From: an uncultured Actinomycetes bacterium
Lineage (GTDB): Bacteria > Actinomycetota > Acidimicrobiia > IMCC26256 > DASPTH01
Length of the DNA stretch: 64,000 nucleotides
Direction of reading: 5' to 3'
NCBI GenBank assembly: GCA_963827385.1
Contig: CAWHAR010000002.1
Span: 300,790-364,789, forward strand
Numbering within the stretch: the stretch's first letter is position 1; each line of letters opens with the position of its first letter. Positions 21,207 to 31,222 of the stretch are shown here, in pieces. The notes under the pieces were generated by a model that saw nothing but the letters and a program-made list of their open reading frames with translations, made no database searches and was not told the DNA's origin. Position numbers and translations under genes: made by a program.

Positions 21207-22655
21207 GTGAACGTCGCCATGATCCTCGACATGGCGGCCGACGCGCTCGGCGAGCGCGTCGCCTTCGGTGACCGCAACGGTGGACTCACGTTCGCCGAGC
21301 TCCGGCGCAGCGCGCACGCGGTCGCACGCCGCGTCGGTGCCGACCATGCGCACGTGAGCTCGGTTGCGCTGATGGAGCCGCTCTCGGCGCTCGTGCCCGC
21401 AGCCTTGTTCGGTGCCGCGTGGGCCGGCGTCACCTACGCCCCGCTCAACTTCCGCTTGCCCGACGACCAACTGCAAGCGCTGCTCGAACGTCTCCAACCG
21501 ACCGTGGTCGCCGCACCCAACTGGATCGCCGACCCCGCCGACGAGCCGCTCGACTTTGCCGGCGCGCCCGAAACGCCCGCGGTACTGCTGTTCACGAGCG
21601 GCACCTCCGCGGCGCCGAAGGCTGCGGTGCTCACCCACACGCAGCTCATGAGCTACGTCATGAACACCATGGAACCGTTCAGCGCAGGCGAGGACGAAGC
21701 GGCCATCGTGTCGGTGCCGCCGTTCCACATCGCAGGCGTCGCCTCCGTGCTCAGCTCCACGTGGATCGGTCGACGCATCGTGCCGCTCCCCCGGTTCACC
21801 GCCGAGGAGTGGATCGCCACCGTGCAGCGCGAAGGGGTCACCCACGCCACCGTGGTGCCGACGATGCTCGACCGCATCGTGGCGGCGATGGAAGCCGACC
21901 CCTCGGCGCGCGTGCCATCGTTGCGCAACCTCGCCTATGGCGGTTCGCGCATGCATCGCTCGGTGCTCGAGCGGGCGCTGCACCTCATGCCCGACACCGA
22001 CTTCGTGAACGCATACGGCCTCACCGAGACCAGCAGCACCGTCGCGCTGCTCGGCCCCGACGACCATCGTCTCGCCATCTACAGCGACGATCCGCTGTAC
22101 CAGCAGCGTCTCGAGTCGGTCGGACAACCGATTCCCGGCATCGAGATCAGCATCGTCGACGAGTCAGGTGTCGAGACCACGACCGGTGCGGCGGGCGAGA
22201 TCCTGATCCGCGGCGACCAGGTGAGCGGCGCGTACGTCGACACCGAATCCAAGGTGGATGCCGACGGCTGGCTGCACACCGGTGACCGCGGTTGGGTCGA
22301 CGCCGAGGGCTACCTGTTCTGTGAGGGCCGCGCCGACGACACGATCATCCGGGGCGGCGAGAACATCGGCCCCGCCGAAGTGGAAGACGCGTTGCTGCAA
22401 CACGACGCGATCGCGACTGCGGCGGTGGTGGGGCTCCCCGACCAGGAATGGGGCGAGCGGATCGCGGCGATGGTGGTGCTCGCGCCCGGCGTCGACAGCG
22501 TCGATATCGAGCACGTGCGCGACTGGGTGCGCACCCGCATCGGCTCGCTCAAGACGCCCGAGATCATCGAGACGTGCGACGAGCTTCCCCTCACCGGCAG
22601 CGGCAAGGTGCTGCGCCGTCAGGTCCGCGACGACCTCCTGGCGCGCCACCCCTGA
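21207..22655 (+). CDS. AMP-dependent synthetase/ligase (fatty-acid-CoA ligase, FadD-like)
   Basis: 482 aa intact; LLFTSGTSAAPKAAV AMP-binding motif, C-terminal GEIL..G...GY, and lysine near the end (SGKVLRRQVRD). Confidence 0.85.
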   Translation: MNVAMILDMAADALGERVAFGDRNGGLTFAELRRSAHAVARRVGADHAHVSSVALMEPLSALVPAALFGAAWAGVTYAPLNFRLPDDQLQALLERLQPTVVAAPNWIADPADEPLDFAGAPETPAVLLFTSGTSAAPKAAVLTHTQLMSYVMNTMEPFSAGEDEAAIVSVPPFHIAGVASVLSSTWIGRRIVPLPRFTAEEWIATVQREGVTHATVVPTMLDRIVAAMEADPSARVPSLRNLAYGGSRMHRSVLERALHLMPDTDFVNAYGLTETSSTVALLGPDDHRLAIYSDDPLYQQRLESVGQPIPGIEISIVDESGVETTTGAAGEILIRGDQVSGAYVDTESKVDADGWLHTGDRGWVDAEGYLFCEGRADDTIIRGGENIGPAEVEDALLQHDAIATAAVVGLPDQEWGERIAAMVVLAPGVDSVDIEHVRDWVRTRIGSLKTPEIIETCDELPLTGSGKVLRRQVRDDLLARHP

Positions 22656-22719
22656 TCACTCACGCCCGCCATCGAAACTGCGGCAGGAAACGCCAAATTC
22701 TGTCGGGTCTGACGCAGTT

Positions 22720-23517
22720 TCAGCGTTCGAGCGAGGCCAAGCCGCCCGAGCCGTCGATCGCCGTTGCGATGGCGTCGAGCCGTTCGGGGTGGCCCTTGAG
22801 CGTGCCGTCGAGAAAGTCGACGACCACACCGGCGAGCAGCTCGAAGTGCGCGTTCCCCGGCGCCGTGTACGGCGGCACGTGGCTGGCGTTCTCGAGTGTG
22901 ACCATCCACCGCGGCGCGGTGAGGTTCGCCCGGTCCCAGGCGATCGACGCCTCGTAGGGGTCGTATTCGTCGTTGGTCTCCATCACGTGCAGGATCGGGG
23001 TGCCCGTGTCACGCACGTGCGGGTTGTTGACGTTGTCGAGGTCGCCTGCCATCGCGATCACCGACGTGACGCGGTCGTCGCGACAACACGACAGGAAGCC
23101 GACGCCGAACGAGATTGCCTCACCGTCGGAGTGTCCGGCTGCCGCGATCCGGGTCGGGTCGACGCGGGAGCCGATCTGGTCGGTCCGCCCGAGCGCCAGC
23201 ACCTGCGTGATCACGAACGACGTGTCCGCGAAGGTCTTCTCGTAGTCGACATGGCTGGCACCGCCCGGCGACCCGCTGAGGATGGGATAGGTGGGCGCCG
23301 CGACGACGTAGCCGGCGGCGGCCCAGCGCTCCAGCATGGATTCGTAGAACGCCGGGGTGACGGCATAGCCATGGGCGAACACCACCAACGGGTATGAGCC
23401 GGGCGTCGACGGAAACCAGAACGACGTCACGAGTGTGCGATCGGGCGCGCCGTCGGCGTCGCCGTTGGGCGACGTGGAACGGCTGGAGTCGACGAAGGTA
23501 CGGGTGTCGGTGGACAC
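22720..23517 (-). CDS. secreted alpha/beta hydrolase (polyesterase/PAF-acetylhydrolase-like)
   Basis: LVVFAHGY ... AAGHSDGE (GxSxG) ... HVPPY; a likely signal peptide (RRRVGAIAGVVCLVAVVGAAFAVAQS) sits upstream in another frame (track ORF 23427..23750), so the true start may be near 23750 with a frame change. Confidence 0.65.
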   Translation of the reverse strand: MSTDTRTFVDSSRSTSPNGDADGAPDRTLVTSFWFPSTPGSYPLVVFAHGYAVTPAFYESMLERWAAAGYVVAAPTYPILSGSPGGASHVDYEKTFADTSFVITQVLALGRTDQIGSRVDPTRIAAAGHSDGEAISFGVGFLSCCRDDRVTSVIAMAGDLDNVNNPHVRDTGTPILHVMETNDEYDPYEASIAWDRANLTAPRWMVTLENASHVPPYTAPGNAHFELLAGVVVDFLDGTLKGHPERLDAIATAIDGSGGLASLER

Positions 23518-23826
23518 CGGGTACGTCCGCCCGATCTCGAGCGGCGACAGCCCGGGCGGCGGCAGTCGTCGACGACTCGGGCGTCGTTGAGCGGTGGCGG
23601 CGGGAGCGCCGGTGGTCGGACTCGCGTTGCTCGTCGGTCGGGAGTCGACGACGCCGCCGCAGCGCTCAGGTGGCCCGGCGACGAGGTGTCGTCATCGTGT
23701 GACTGCGCCACCGCGAACGCGGCGCCGACGACTGCCACGAGACACACCACGCCGGCGATCGCGCCGACGCGACGCCGAGTTCGGCGTCGCGTCAGTCGTG
23801 CCGTGCGGCGCTCCTGTACGGGCGCG

Positions 23827-24027
23827 TCAACCCTCGTCGATGGAGATGGCCTGCTTCGGACACTGCCGCACCGACTGCTCGACCCGCTCGCGCGACTCGT
23901 CCGGCGGGTTCTCCTGCAGGACGTAGAGGAAGTTGTCGTCGCGCACTTCGAAGACTTCCGGCGCGATGCCCATGCAGATGGCGTTGCTCTCGCAGAGGTC
24001 GAAGTCGACCACGACCTTCCAGGCCAT
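23827..24027 (-). CDS. ferredoxin, single-cluster 3Fe-4S/4Fe-4S type (P450-partner type)
   Basis: 66 aa; DFDLCESNAICMGIAPEVFEV ... VRQCPKQAI with CxxxxxC...CP cluster ligands. Confidence 0.8.
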   Translation of the reverse strand: MAWKVVVDFDLCESNAICMGIAPEVFEVRDDNFLYVLQENPPDESRERVEQSVRQCPKQAISIDEG

Positions 24028-24091
24028 TGTTCCTCCAGAGCCGATGAGACGCCGATGCTAACCCGAGCCGAGACAAGGGGTGCGCGCGCGG

Positions 24092-24119
24092 CGCCAGGAA
24101 CCCCGAAGGGTTCCTGGCG
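24092..24119 (-). terminator. stem-loop CGCCAGGAACCC-CGAA-GGGTTCCTGGCG (12-bp perfect stem, 4-nt loop)
   Basis: Lies 20 bp downstream of the LAXTG gene stop (minus strand); no U-tract, which is usual in high-GC actinobacteria. Confidence 0.5.
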
Positions 24120-24139
24120 CTACGGCGTTGGAGTGGAGC

Positions 24140-24714
24140 TCAGGCGTTGGCGTTCTTGCGGCGCCGGGTACCGACGACGAGCACGGTGCCCAGCATCAGG
24201 GTCGCGAAGCCGATCAGCACGTTGCGGGTGGTGTCGGACGAGCCGGTGAAGGCCAACGCACGAGCGGCCTCAGCAGCAGCAGGGCGGATACGCACGACGC
24301 TCTGGCCACCCGGGCCGATGCAGAAGTTGGAGTAGGCGTTCCGGTTCCCGTAGGTGTACGAGATCGAGAAGTCGACGGGCACCGCGAACACCGTGGGCCC
24401 AAACACGAACGTGCCGTCGGGGTTGAGCGCCTTCGGCGTGCCGGGCACGCCCGTGACCACCAAGCTCACCAGCACACCCGAGTCGGTTGCCACCGATGGC
24501 GCCAGTGATCGTGAAGGAGGCGGAGGTCGTGCCATCGGCCACCACGGCGGGGGTGACCACGAAGTTGCAACCGGGGTCGGCGCGGAGCACCTTCGCCCGC
24601 GCCGGGGCGACCCGGGGTCATGACCCCTGCACCGGCGATGCCCGCGAGACCGAACATCGCGACGATGGTCGCAATGGTGGTCAGACCGATGAGCTTTCGC
24701 ACCGAGCTCCGCAC
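24140..24714 (-). CDS. LAXTG-anchored cell-wall surface protein, two frameshifts
   Basis: AGGAGG 6 nt upstream of GTG 24714; signal peptide VRKLIGLTTIATIVAMFGLAGIAGAGV (ORF 24466..24810); middle in ORF 24270..24590; C-terminal LAFTG followed by a hydrophobic helix and RRRKNANA (ORF 24140..24535) is a class-E sortase sorting signal. Confidence 0.55.
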
Positions 24715-24957
24715 GATGTGCCTCCTAGTAACGCTTGGACCCTGCCCCACGCTCCGGCTCGGGTCCCGCCCCTGACCAGATCGTTCGCTGTTGTGGAGAG
24801 TGTAGAGCAATCACCACTCTCCGCGGTAGATCCATCCTCACACAGTGCGCCCAGGATGTCGAGTTCGAGGTCGAGATACCCGGAATCCCTTGTACCAGTT
24901 GGGTCCTCACGGTTGACCTCGGAGCGTGACCGCGGTCTCAGCCGGCTTGGGTGCGAC

Positions 24958-26177
24958 CTACTTCCCCTTCGCCGCTGTCGTGGTCGCGCAGGAATACGGC
25001 TTCATCACGAGGTAGCGGGTGCCGTCGCTCTGCAGCAATGATCCGCACGGGACCGGTTGCGCGTGCATCTCGGGCCACGACGACCGCCCGACGGTGTCCG
25101 CCACCTCGTAGGTGAAGTGCGCCCCATTCAGGGTTCGGAGCACTCGCTCGCGGGTGAGCGCCTTCCCAGTCGTCCCCAATGCACGCACGAAGAGATCCGC
25201 CGACCAGTAACCCGACGCGATCGCCGTCGTGAGGGGGGTGCCGGGCGCGAACGACTCGACATCGGCGGCCAGGCGGCGATTCGCAGGCGTTGCTTCCTCG
25301 AAGGGCGCGATCGGCACCAACACGGTGAGCCCGTTCGCGACGAGCGGCGCCGTCGGCTGGTAGAGCGACTCTCCCACCGCGACCGTGCCGGTGTACCCCA
25401 CCACTGCGAGCTGCTGCGCGAGGGCGGTCGCGGTGGGCGCGGCCGCGAGCACGAGCGCGACGGCAGGCGCGGGCGACGCCCCGACGATCGTGCGTGCGAT
25501 CGCGGCGAGGTCGCTCGCGGGCGTGAGCACCACCGGCGTCGCGAGACTGAAGCCCGACGCCCGGTAGCGCGCGACCGTGGCCTTGCCCGCCGGCGCGGTG
25601 ACCGCGGCTGCGAGCGCAGGATCGTCGGTGACCGGGACGACGGTGCCGCCACGCGGCGAGCCGAGCAGCGCGCGCGCAGTTGGCTCGCCCACGCCGGGTT
25701 CACCGGCGTGGCGCTCGTCGTGCTTCCGGCGCCGGTGACGCTGAACCCGGTGCGATTCGCATGCCACTCGCTGCCGGCCGCCACTCCGAAGAACGGCATG
25801 CCCTCCCGCGCCAGGGTGGCCGCGCCAACCGTGGACGCCACGGCCGGCACCACCGCGAACACCTCGGCGGCGAGCTTCGCGGCGGCTGCGTCAGCCGCGG
25901 CCGCGTCGGGGGCCGCTTCGGTGCGGACGTACTGGATCGTTCGGCCGGCGACGCCGGTTCGATTCGCTCGAGCGAGCCGCGCCTGCGCGCCGATCTCCGC
26001 GCCCTTCGACGCAACATCGACGCCGACGATGCCCGCCACCGTCACCGTTCGGCGCGTCACGCCGACCGGCGCCGCCACGGTCGTGGTGCTCGTCGACGCG
26101 GCCGAAGCGTCGACGGCGGGAACGATGAGCATGCACCCGACAATCCACGCCGCACCGACGATGGACAGTCGCCTCAT
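24958..26177 (-). CDS. ABC transporter substrate-binding protein, branched-chain amino acid type (LivJ-like), one frameshift near 25700
   Basis: Start ATG 26177 overlaps the upstream paralog stop (ATGA); N-terminal half with signal peptide in track ORF 25128..27002 (MRRLSIVGAAWIVGCMLIVPAVDASAAS...), C-terminal half in ORF 24958..25767. Confidence 0.7.
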
Positions 26178-27472
26178 GGTTTGGTCGACACGACCTTGCC
26201 GCACGCGTACGGCGCGGCGACCACGTACGCGCTGCCCGTGCCCTGCACGAGCGAACCGCAAGGTGTGGGTTGGTTGTGCGCGGCGGGGAACTTCACGGGG
26301 CCGACGGTCCCTGCCACCGTGTAGGTGAACTTGGTGTTCGCCTTCTTCACCAGCGAGTCGGGCGTGAGGTTCCGCCCGGCGCGCACGACCGCGGCAACGA
26401 GAAGATCCGCCGACCAGTACCCCGCGATCACCGACTGGTCGATCGGCTGGTTGGGCGCGACCGCGTGCACGTCGTTGACCAGCTGCGCCATGCTCGGGTT
26501 CGTGGCCGCGCTCTCGACTGCCGCGGTCGGTGTGAACACGAGCGAGCCGGTGGCCGACGCGACCAACGCCGGCTCGTACTCGACCGTGTCGGTGAACACA
26601 CCGAGGTACCCGGCGTTGCGAACGGCCTGACGGAGCTGCACGACGTTGGGATAACTGGCAATGACGAAGATCGCGTCCGGGGCGGCACCGTTGTTCGACG
26701 TGAGCACCTGCTTGGCGAGCGCGTCGTAGTCCGCGGTCGCGGGGACGGGCAACGGGGTCGTGCTCGACACCACCTTCAGCCCACCGCTCTTTACGCCAGC
26801 GGTCATGGCCGTGACGAAGTACTTGCCCGAGTCGGTGTTCTCGCTGACGATCGCGGCCGTCTTGCCTGCTGCCTGTGCACCGAAGGTCTGCGCCACGAGC
26901 AGGCCCCACGCGTTGCTGGTGGTCGCGCCAGCAGGCGGGAACATGCAGCCGGTGAACGAGAAGCCCCACTGGTTGCCGCAGAAGTTCGACGAGACGGCCC
27001 ACCCGAAGTAGGGGACGTGGCCCGAGAGCAGGTCGGACACCGCGCCGACATCGGGAGTGATCACCGGAGCCAGCGCGAACACCTTGTCTTGTTGGACGAG
27101 TGTGGACGCCACCTGCGCGTTCGTGGCGCCGACACCGTTGTCGTCACGCATGCCGAGGTAGTTGAAGGTGCGGCCGTTCACTCCGCCCTCAGCATTGGCT
27201 CGCTGGAACCGCGCTCGGGCGCCGATGTCGGCCGACGAGTACCGCGCCAGTTGTCCGACTCCGCCGATGGTGATCGTGGTGGGCGTGACACCGCGAACCG
27301 CACCCGCCGGCGCGCGAGTCGTGGCCGCGGGGGTGGTCGCACCGGTCGACGCCGACGATGGGGTGTTTGCATCGTTGCTCGAGGCGGCGAGCGCGTCGGG
27401 AGCGACGGCGAGGGTGGCGACCGCCACCGCGAGCAGGCCCACGACGGTCGCACGACCGATGCGGACGATCAT
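26174..27472 (-). CDS. ABC transporter substrate-binding protein, branched-chain amino acid type (LivJ-like)
   Basis: 432 aa intact; signal peptide then type-I periplasmic-binding fold; paralog of the downstream gene with conserved C-terminus ...PTPCGSLVQGTGSAYVV. Confidence 0.85.
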   Translation of the reverse strand: MIVRIGRATVVGLLAVAVATLAVAPDALAASSNDANTPSSASTGATTPAATTRAPAGAVRGVTPTTITIGGVGQLARYSSADIGARARFQRANAEGGVNGRTFNYLGMRDDNGVGATNAQVASTLVQQDKVFALAPVITPDVGAVSDLLSGHVPYFGWAVSSNFCGNQWGFSFTGCMFPPAGATTSNAWGLLVAQTFGAQAAGKTAAIVSENTDSGKYFVTAMTAGVKSGGLKVVSSTTPLPVPATADYDALAKQVLTSNNGAAPDAIFVIASYPNVVQLRQAVRNAGYLGVFTDTVEYEPALVASATGSLVFTPTAAVESAATNPSMAQLVNDVHAVAPNQPIDQSVIAGYWSADLLVAAVVRAGRNLTPDSLVKKANTKFTYTVAGTVGPVKFPAAHNQPTPCGSLVQGTGSAYVVAAPYACGKVVSTKP

Positions 27473-28009
27473 GCGTGGTCCTCGAGCGCCACGGCGTCGA
27501 ATGAGGTGGCGTGCAAGAGCGCCACGAGCGGCGCGAGCAGGGCGTTGATGTCAGCCGCGCAGCGGTGGAACACCTCCGGATCGCCACCGGCCGGGTCGTC
27601 GACGTCTTCCCAGGGTTCGAGCTCGATCGTCGGCGAGCTCGAGGCTCGCGATCCGTTCGGCCAGGGAGCCGGTGGCTCCTGGAAGATCGCGTGCGAGCCG
27701 GCGCAACGTGCCGGTGCGGGCGGCCGCGTCGGGATGGTGCTTGCGCACGTACTCCACGTGCTCCCCTGCCATCGCCAGCACCAGGTCGGCATCCCCCAGA
27801 TCGATCGATGTGAGTTGGCGACTGCGGTGGCCAGCGCTCGACGCGCCCAGGGCCTTGATCGCGTCGGCGGTGCGCCAGCTCATCGGCATCCCCTCGATCA
27901 CGTGGGTACCACGCGTGCTGACGAGCAGTCCGGGGGCGTCGGCGAGCACTGCGCCCGCAATCACCGACCGCGCGGCGTTGCCGGTGCAGAGCGTCACGAC
28001 GTGGGGCAT
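27469..28009 (-). CDS. low-molecular-weight protein-tyrosine phosphatase / ArsC-like (LMW-PTP family), one frameshift near 27640
   Basis: MPHVVTLCTGNAARSVIAGAVL (CX5R P-loop) and SRQLTSIDLGDADLVLAMAGEHV; C-terminus in track ORF 27469..27792; stop TGA overlaps the ATG of the SBP gene. Confidence 0.65.
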
Positions 28010-28066
28010 CGGCAGGATGCTAGAGGCACCGATCCGGTCGTCGGACGGCACCGGTACGATCAGCAC

Positions 28067-28795
28067 GTGTCCATCGATGTTCGTCGCGCGTCGGATCGCT
28101 TCCACACCGAGCTGGACTGGCTGGACAGCTGGCACAGCTTCAGCTTCGGGTCACACCAAGACCCGGCCAATACCCACCACGGGCTGCTGCTCGTGAGCAA
28201 TGACGATGTCGTGCGGGGTGGTCGAGGATTTTCGACGCACTCGCACCGCGACATGGAGATCGTCACCTGGGTGCTCAACGGGGAGCTCGAGCACCGCGAC
28301 AGCACCGGCACGGTGGGCGTGATCTATCCGGGCCTTGCGCAGCGGATGAGCGCCGGCTCCGGGATCGCACACTCGGAGATGAACGCGAGCGGATCTGCTG
28401 ACGTGCACCTCGTGCAGATGTGGGTGCTCCCCGACACACAAGGCATCCCGCCGGGATACGAGCAGCGCGACGTGAACGACGCCCTCCGCAACGGTGGGCT
28501 CGTGCCGGTCGCGTCCGGGCAGGGCCACGCGGGCACCGTGTCGATCCACCAACGTGACGCGGTGCTCTCGGCCGGACGGCTCAGCGCGGGCGAAACGGTG
28601 ACGGTGCCCGACGCGCCGCATGTGCACGTCTACGTCGCGATCGGCAGCGCGACGTTGGACGACGTCGCGGCCGACGGAATCGGGGCCGGCGCCGTACTCG
28701 GGCGCGGCGATGCGGCACGCCTCACCGACGCGGGAACACCGCCGGTCGTGGCGGGACCCGACGGAGCCGAGGTGCTCGTCTGGGCCACGGCCTGA
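28067..28795 (+). CDS. pirin family protein (bicupin)
   Basis: C-terminal 242 aa of track ORF 26270..28795; RRASDRFHTELDWLDSWHSFSFG ... GFSTHSHRDMEIVTWVLNGELEHRDSTG ... MSAGSGIAHSE; GTG start 28067. Confidence 0.8.
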   Translation: MSIDVRRASDRFHTELDWLDSWHSFSFGSHQDPANTHHGLLLVSNDDVVRGGRGFSTHSHRDMEIVTWVLNGELEHRDSTGTVGVIYPGLAQRMSAGSGIAHSEMNASGSADVHLVQMWVLPDTQGIPPGYEQRDVNDALRNGGLVPVASGQGHAGTVSIHQRDAVLSAGRLSAGETVTVPDAPHVHVYVAIGSATLDDVAADGIGAGAVLGRGDAARLTDAGTPPVVAGPDGAEVLVWATA

Positions 28796-28826
28796 GCGCG
28801 TCGTTCCTCGACACGGCCGCACCACG

Positions 28827-29613
28827 ATGCCGGAACGAACGATCGCGATCGACTGGTCGGGACGCACCCAGGGCGAGCGCCGTGCGATCTGGCTCGGCGA
28901 AGCACGCGGCACCGAGTTGGTCCGGCTCGAGGACGGCCGATCGCGCGTGGACGTCGCGGAGCATCTCATCGCGCTCGCACACGACGATCCCGCGATCGTG
29001 GTGGGGTTCGACTTCTCGTTCTCGCTGCCCGCATGGTTCCTCGACGAACGTGGGTACTCATCCGTCTCCGACGCTGTGGGCCGCGGCGGAAGCGCGCGGC
29101 GACGAGTGGCTCGCCGACGGTGCACCGCCCTTCTGGGGACGGCCAGGCACGCGCCGCCCGGACCTCCCGCATCACTTCCGTGCGACCGAGCTCGCCGTCG
29201 GCGCGGTCGGGGGCATCCGCCCCAAGTCGACGTTCCAAGTGGCGGGCGCGGGCAGCGTCGGCACCGGGTCGATCCGCGGGTTCCCGGTGCTGGCGCGTCT
29301 GCGCGCCGCGGGATTCGCGGTGTGGCCATTCGACGATGCCGTGCCGCCGGTGGTGGTGGAGATCTGGCCTCGCCTGCTCACGGGCGCGGTGGTGAAGCGT
29401 GATCCGGTCGCGCGCGCCAACCATCTCGCCGCACACTTCCCGTCGTTGTCCGATGGTCTGCGCGTGCGCGCGATCGGCAGCGAGGACGCGTTCGACGCGG
29501 CTGCATCAGCATTGGTGATGGCCCGTCACCGTGACGCGTTCCGTTCGCTGTCTCGCGCGGAGGATCGCGTCACTCAGATCGAGGGCGCGGTGTGGATCCC
29601 TCCGCCCGAATGA
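28827..29613 (+). CDS. DUF429 family protein, one frameshift near 29065
   Basis: MPERTIAIDWSGRTQGERRAIWLGEA...VVGFDFSFSLPAWF in frame of ORF 28620..29402; remainder in ORF 28882..29613. Confidence 0.55.
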
Positions 29614-29620
29614 TCGGGCG

Positions 29621-30335
29621 TCAGGCGAGCGCCGCGGTGAGGCGAGCCACGGAGGCGTCGACCGCCGACGGGAGCACCTGCAACGCGGTCGTGGTGTCGA
29701 CCACATAGGAGAACACGTCGACGCCGCGGCCCGTGCGCACCGCCGCGTTTCCGATGCCGATCGTCTGCGAGGTGCCGTCCTTCATCGAAACCGTGACGGT
29801 TCCCTCGTACGCAGTGGTCGCGTCGGCGATCGTCGCCACGTCGGCCGGCGTGACCTTCACCTTGATCGAATCGATCTGACTCCTCGGTCGTCGGGTCGGA
29901 CTCCAACGATGTCGTGAACACCTTGGTGAAGAGCGTGTTGATGCACTTCACCACCGACGGTCGAGCGAACACCTTCATCGCGGCGATCGCTCGCGCGGTG
30001 GTCGGGAACACCGTCACGCTGTTGTCGACTTGCGAGTTCAGCAGCGAGAACTCAGGCGACTTCGCGTTCGCCTCACGCTTGCTCGCGGCGCGGACCAAGA
30101 GGTAGTCGGCGCAGGACGGGATCTTCTTTGCGACCTTCTCGGTTGCCGCGTCGGTTGACGTGTCGCGTGGCGTCGACGTCCATCCCGCGGGAAAGTCGGA
30201 CTGAACCAGCAAGCCCGCGTCGGCGATCTCGGTGTCGCTCGCCTTCGACGCCAGAGCCGGCGTCGCGCCGAAGGAACCGAATACACCCGCGGCGACGAGT
30301 GCGCCCGCGCCGAGCCACACCAGTCGTCGCTGCAT
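29621..30335 (-). CDS. secreted hypothetical protein, one frameshift near 29885
   Basis: Signal peptide MQRRLVWLGAGALVAAGVFGSFGATPALAS in ORF 29574..30335; C-terminal 79 aa in ORF 29621..29860. Confidence 0.45.
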
Positions 30336-30343
30336 GGTTCTCC

Positions 30344-31027
30344 TACGGTTCGGAAGTGCCCCGACTTGAGTCGATCACGCCGGTGTGCCGGTCGACGTCG
30401 ACCCAACCGTCGCCCTCCACATGGCGACGGATCACGCCGCGCCGGGTTGCCCACCGCCACCGAGAAGTCGGGGATCGCGCCGGTGACCACCGATCCGGCG
30501 CCGATCACCACGTGGCGGCCGATGTGCGCACCCGGCAGCACGATCGAACCGTGCCCCAGCCAGGAGCCCGCGCCGATCGCGACCGGACGCGGTGGCGCGA
30601 ACTGACGACCGATCGATTCGTCGACATCTTCGTAGCCATGGTTGGCATCGGTGATGTACACGTGATGGCCGGTGAAGACGTCGTCGCCGATCTCGATCGA
30701 GTGGTGCGCGACGATCCCGGAGCCCTTCCCGAGGAGCACGCCGTTGCCGATGCGCACGCCCGGCGCCGGATCGATCACGTGGCCGGGAGAGACACCTGCC
30801 GAAAGCGTGATCCCCGGGCCGAAGATGCAACCGCGACCGATGTCGATGTACTCCTCGCCGAACAGTGCAGTGAGCGGGAACGCGATCACCGAGAGCTCGC
30901 CGAAGCTGCGGAAGCGGCGAGCGCGCGCACTGCCCGGACGGATCGACGCGAGGTTGGAGAACTGGTCCCAACCCGTGCGGGCTGCTTCGCCCGCGAGTGA
31001 ACGGGCACGGTCGACGAACGAGGGCAC
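30344..31027 (-). CDS. hexapeptide-repeat (left-handed beta-helix) acetyltransferase, C-terminal frameshift near 30430
   Basis: IGRGCIFGPGITLSAGVSPGHVIDPAPGVRIGNGVLLGKGSGIVAHHSIEIGDDVF...IGAGSWLGHGSIVLPGAHIGRHVVIGAGSVV inside track ORF 30038..31582; the last roughly 30 aa and stop TAG 30344 are in another frame; N-terminus uncertain. Confidence 0.65.
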
Positions 31028-31222
31028 GCCGGAGCGTAACCGTGCGCCATCGCGCCCAGGAGGCTTCGAAGTGAGCGCAGCGAACGTCGGGCCGCAGGAG
31101 CGAGCGTGTCCGGTTCGCCGCGGAAGCCGCTGTCCAACAGCGAGCGAGTGAGAAGTGGGAGGTCTACGCTGCGCGCGCAGCGGACATTCGACGCGCAGGG
31201 GACATTCGAGAGTGGGGAACGC

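Noticed and set aside
24795-24822. 8-bp inverted repeat (GGAGAGTG..CACTCTCC) downstream of the SBP operon.
   Set aside because: The stem is short with a 12-nt loop in a lower-GC intergenic region. That is too weak to call a terminator.
26270-28066. The upstream 600 aa of the 841-aa plus-strand ORF 26270..28795.
   Set aside because: Only the C-terminal 242 aa (pirin) are protein-like. The rest is antisense to SBP2 and the LMW-PTP gene and has junk composition.
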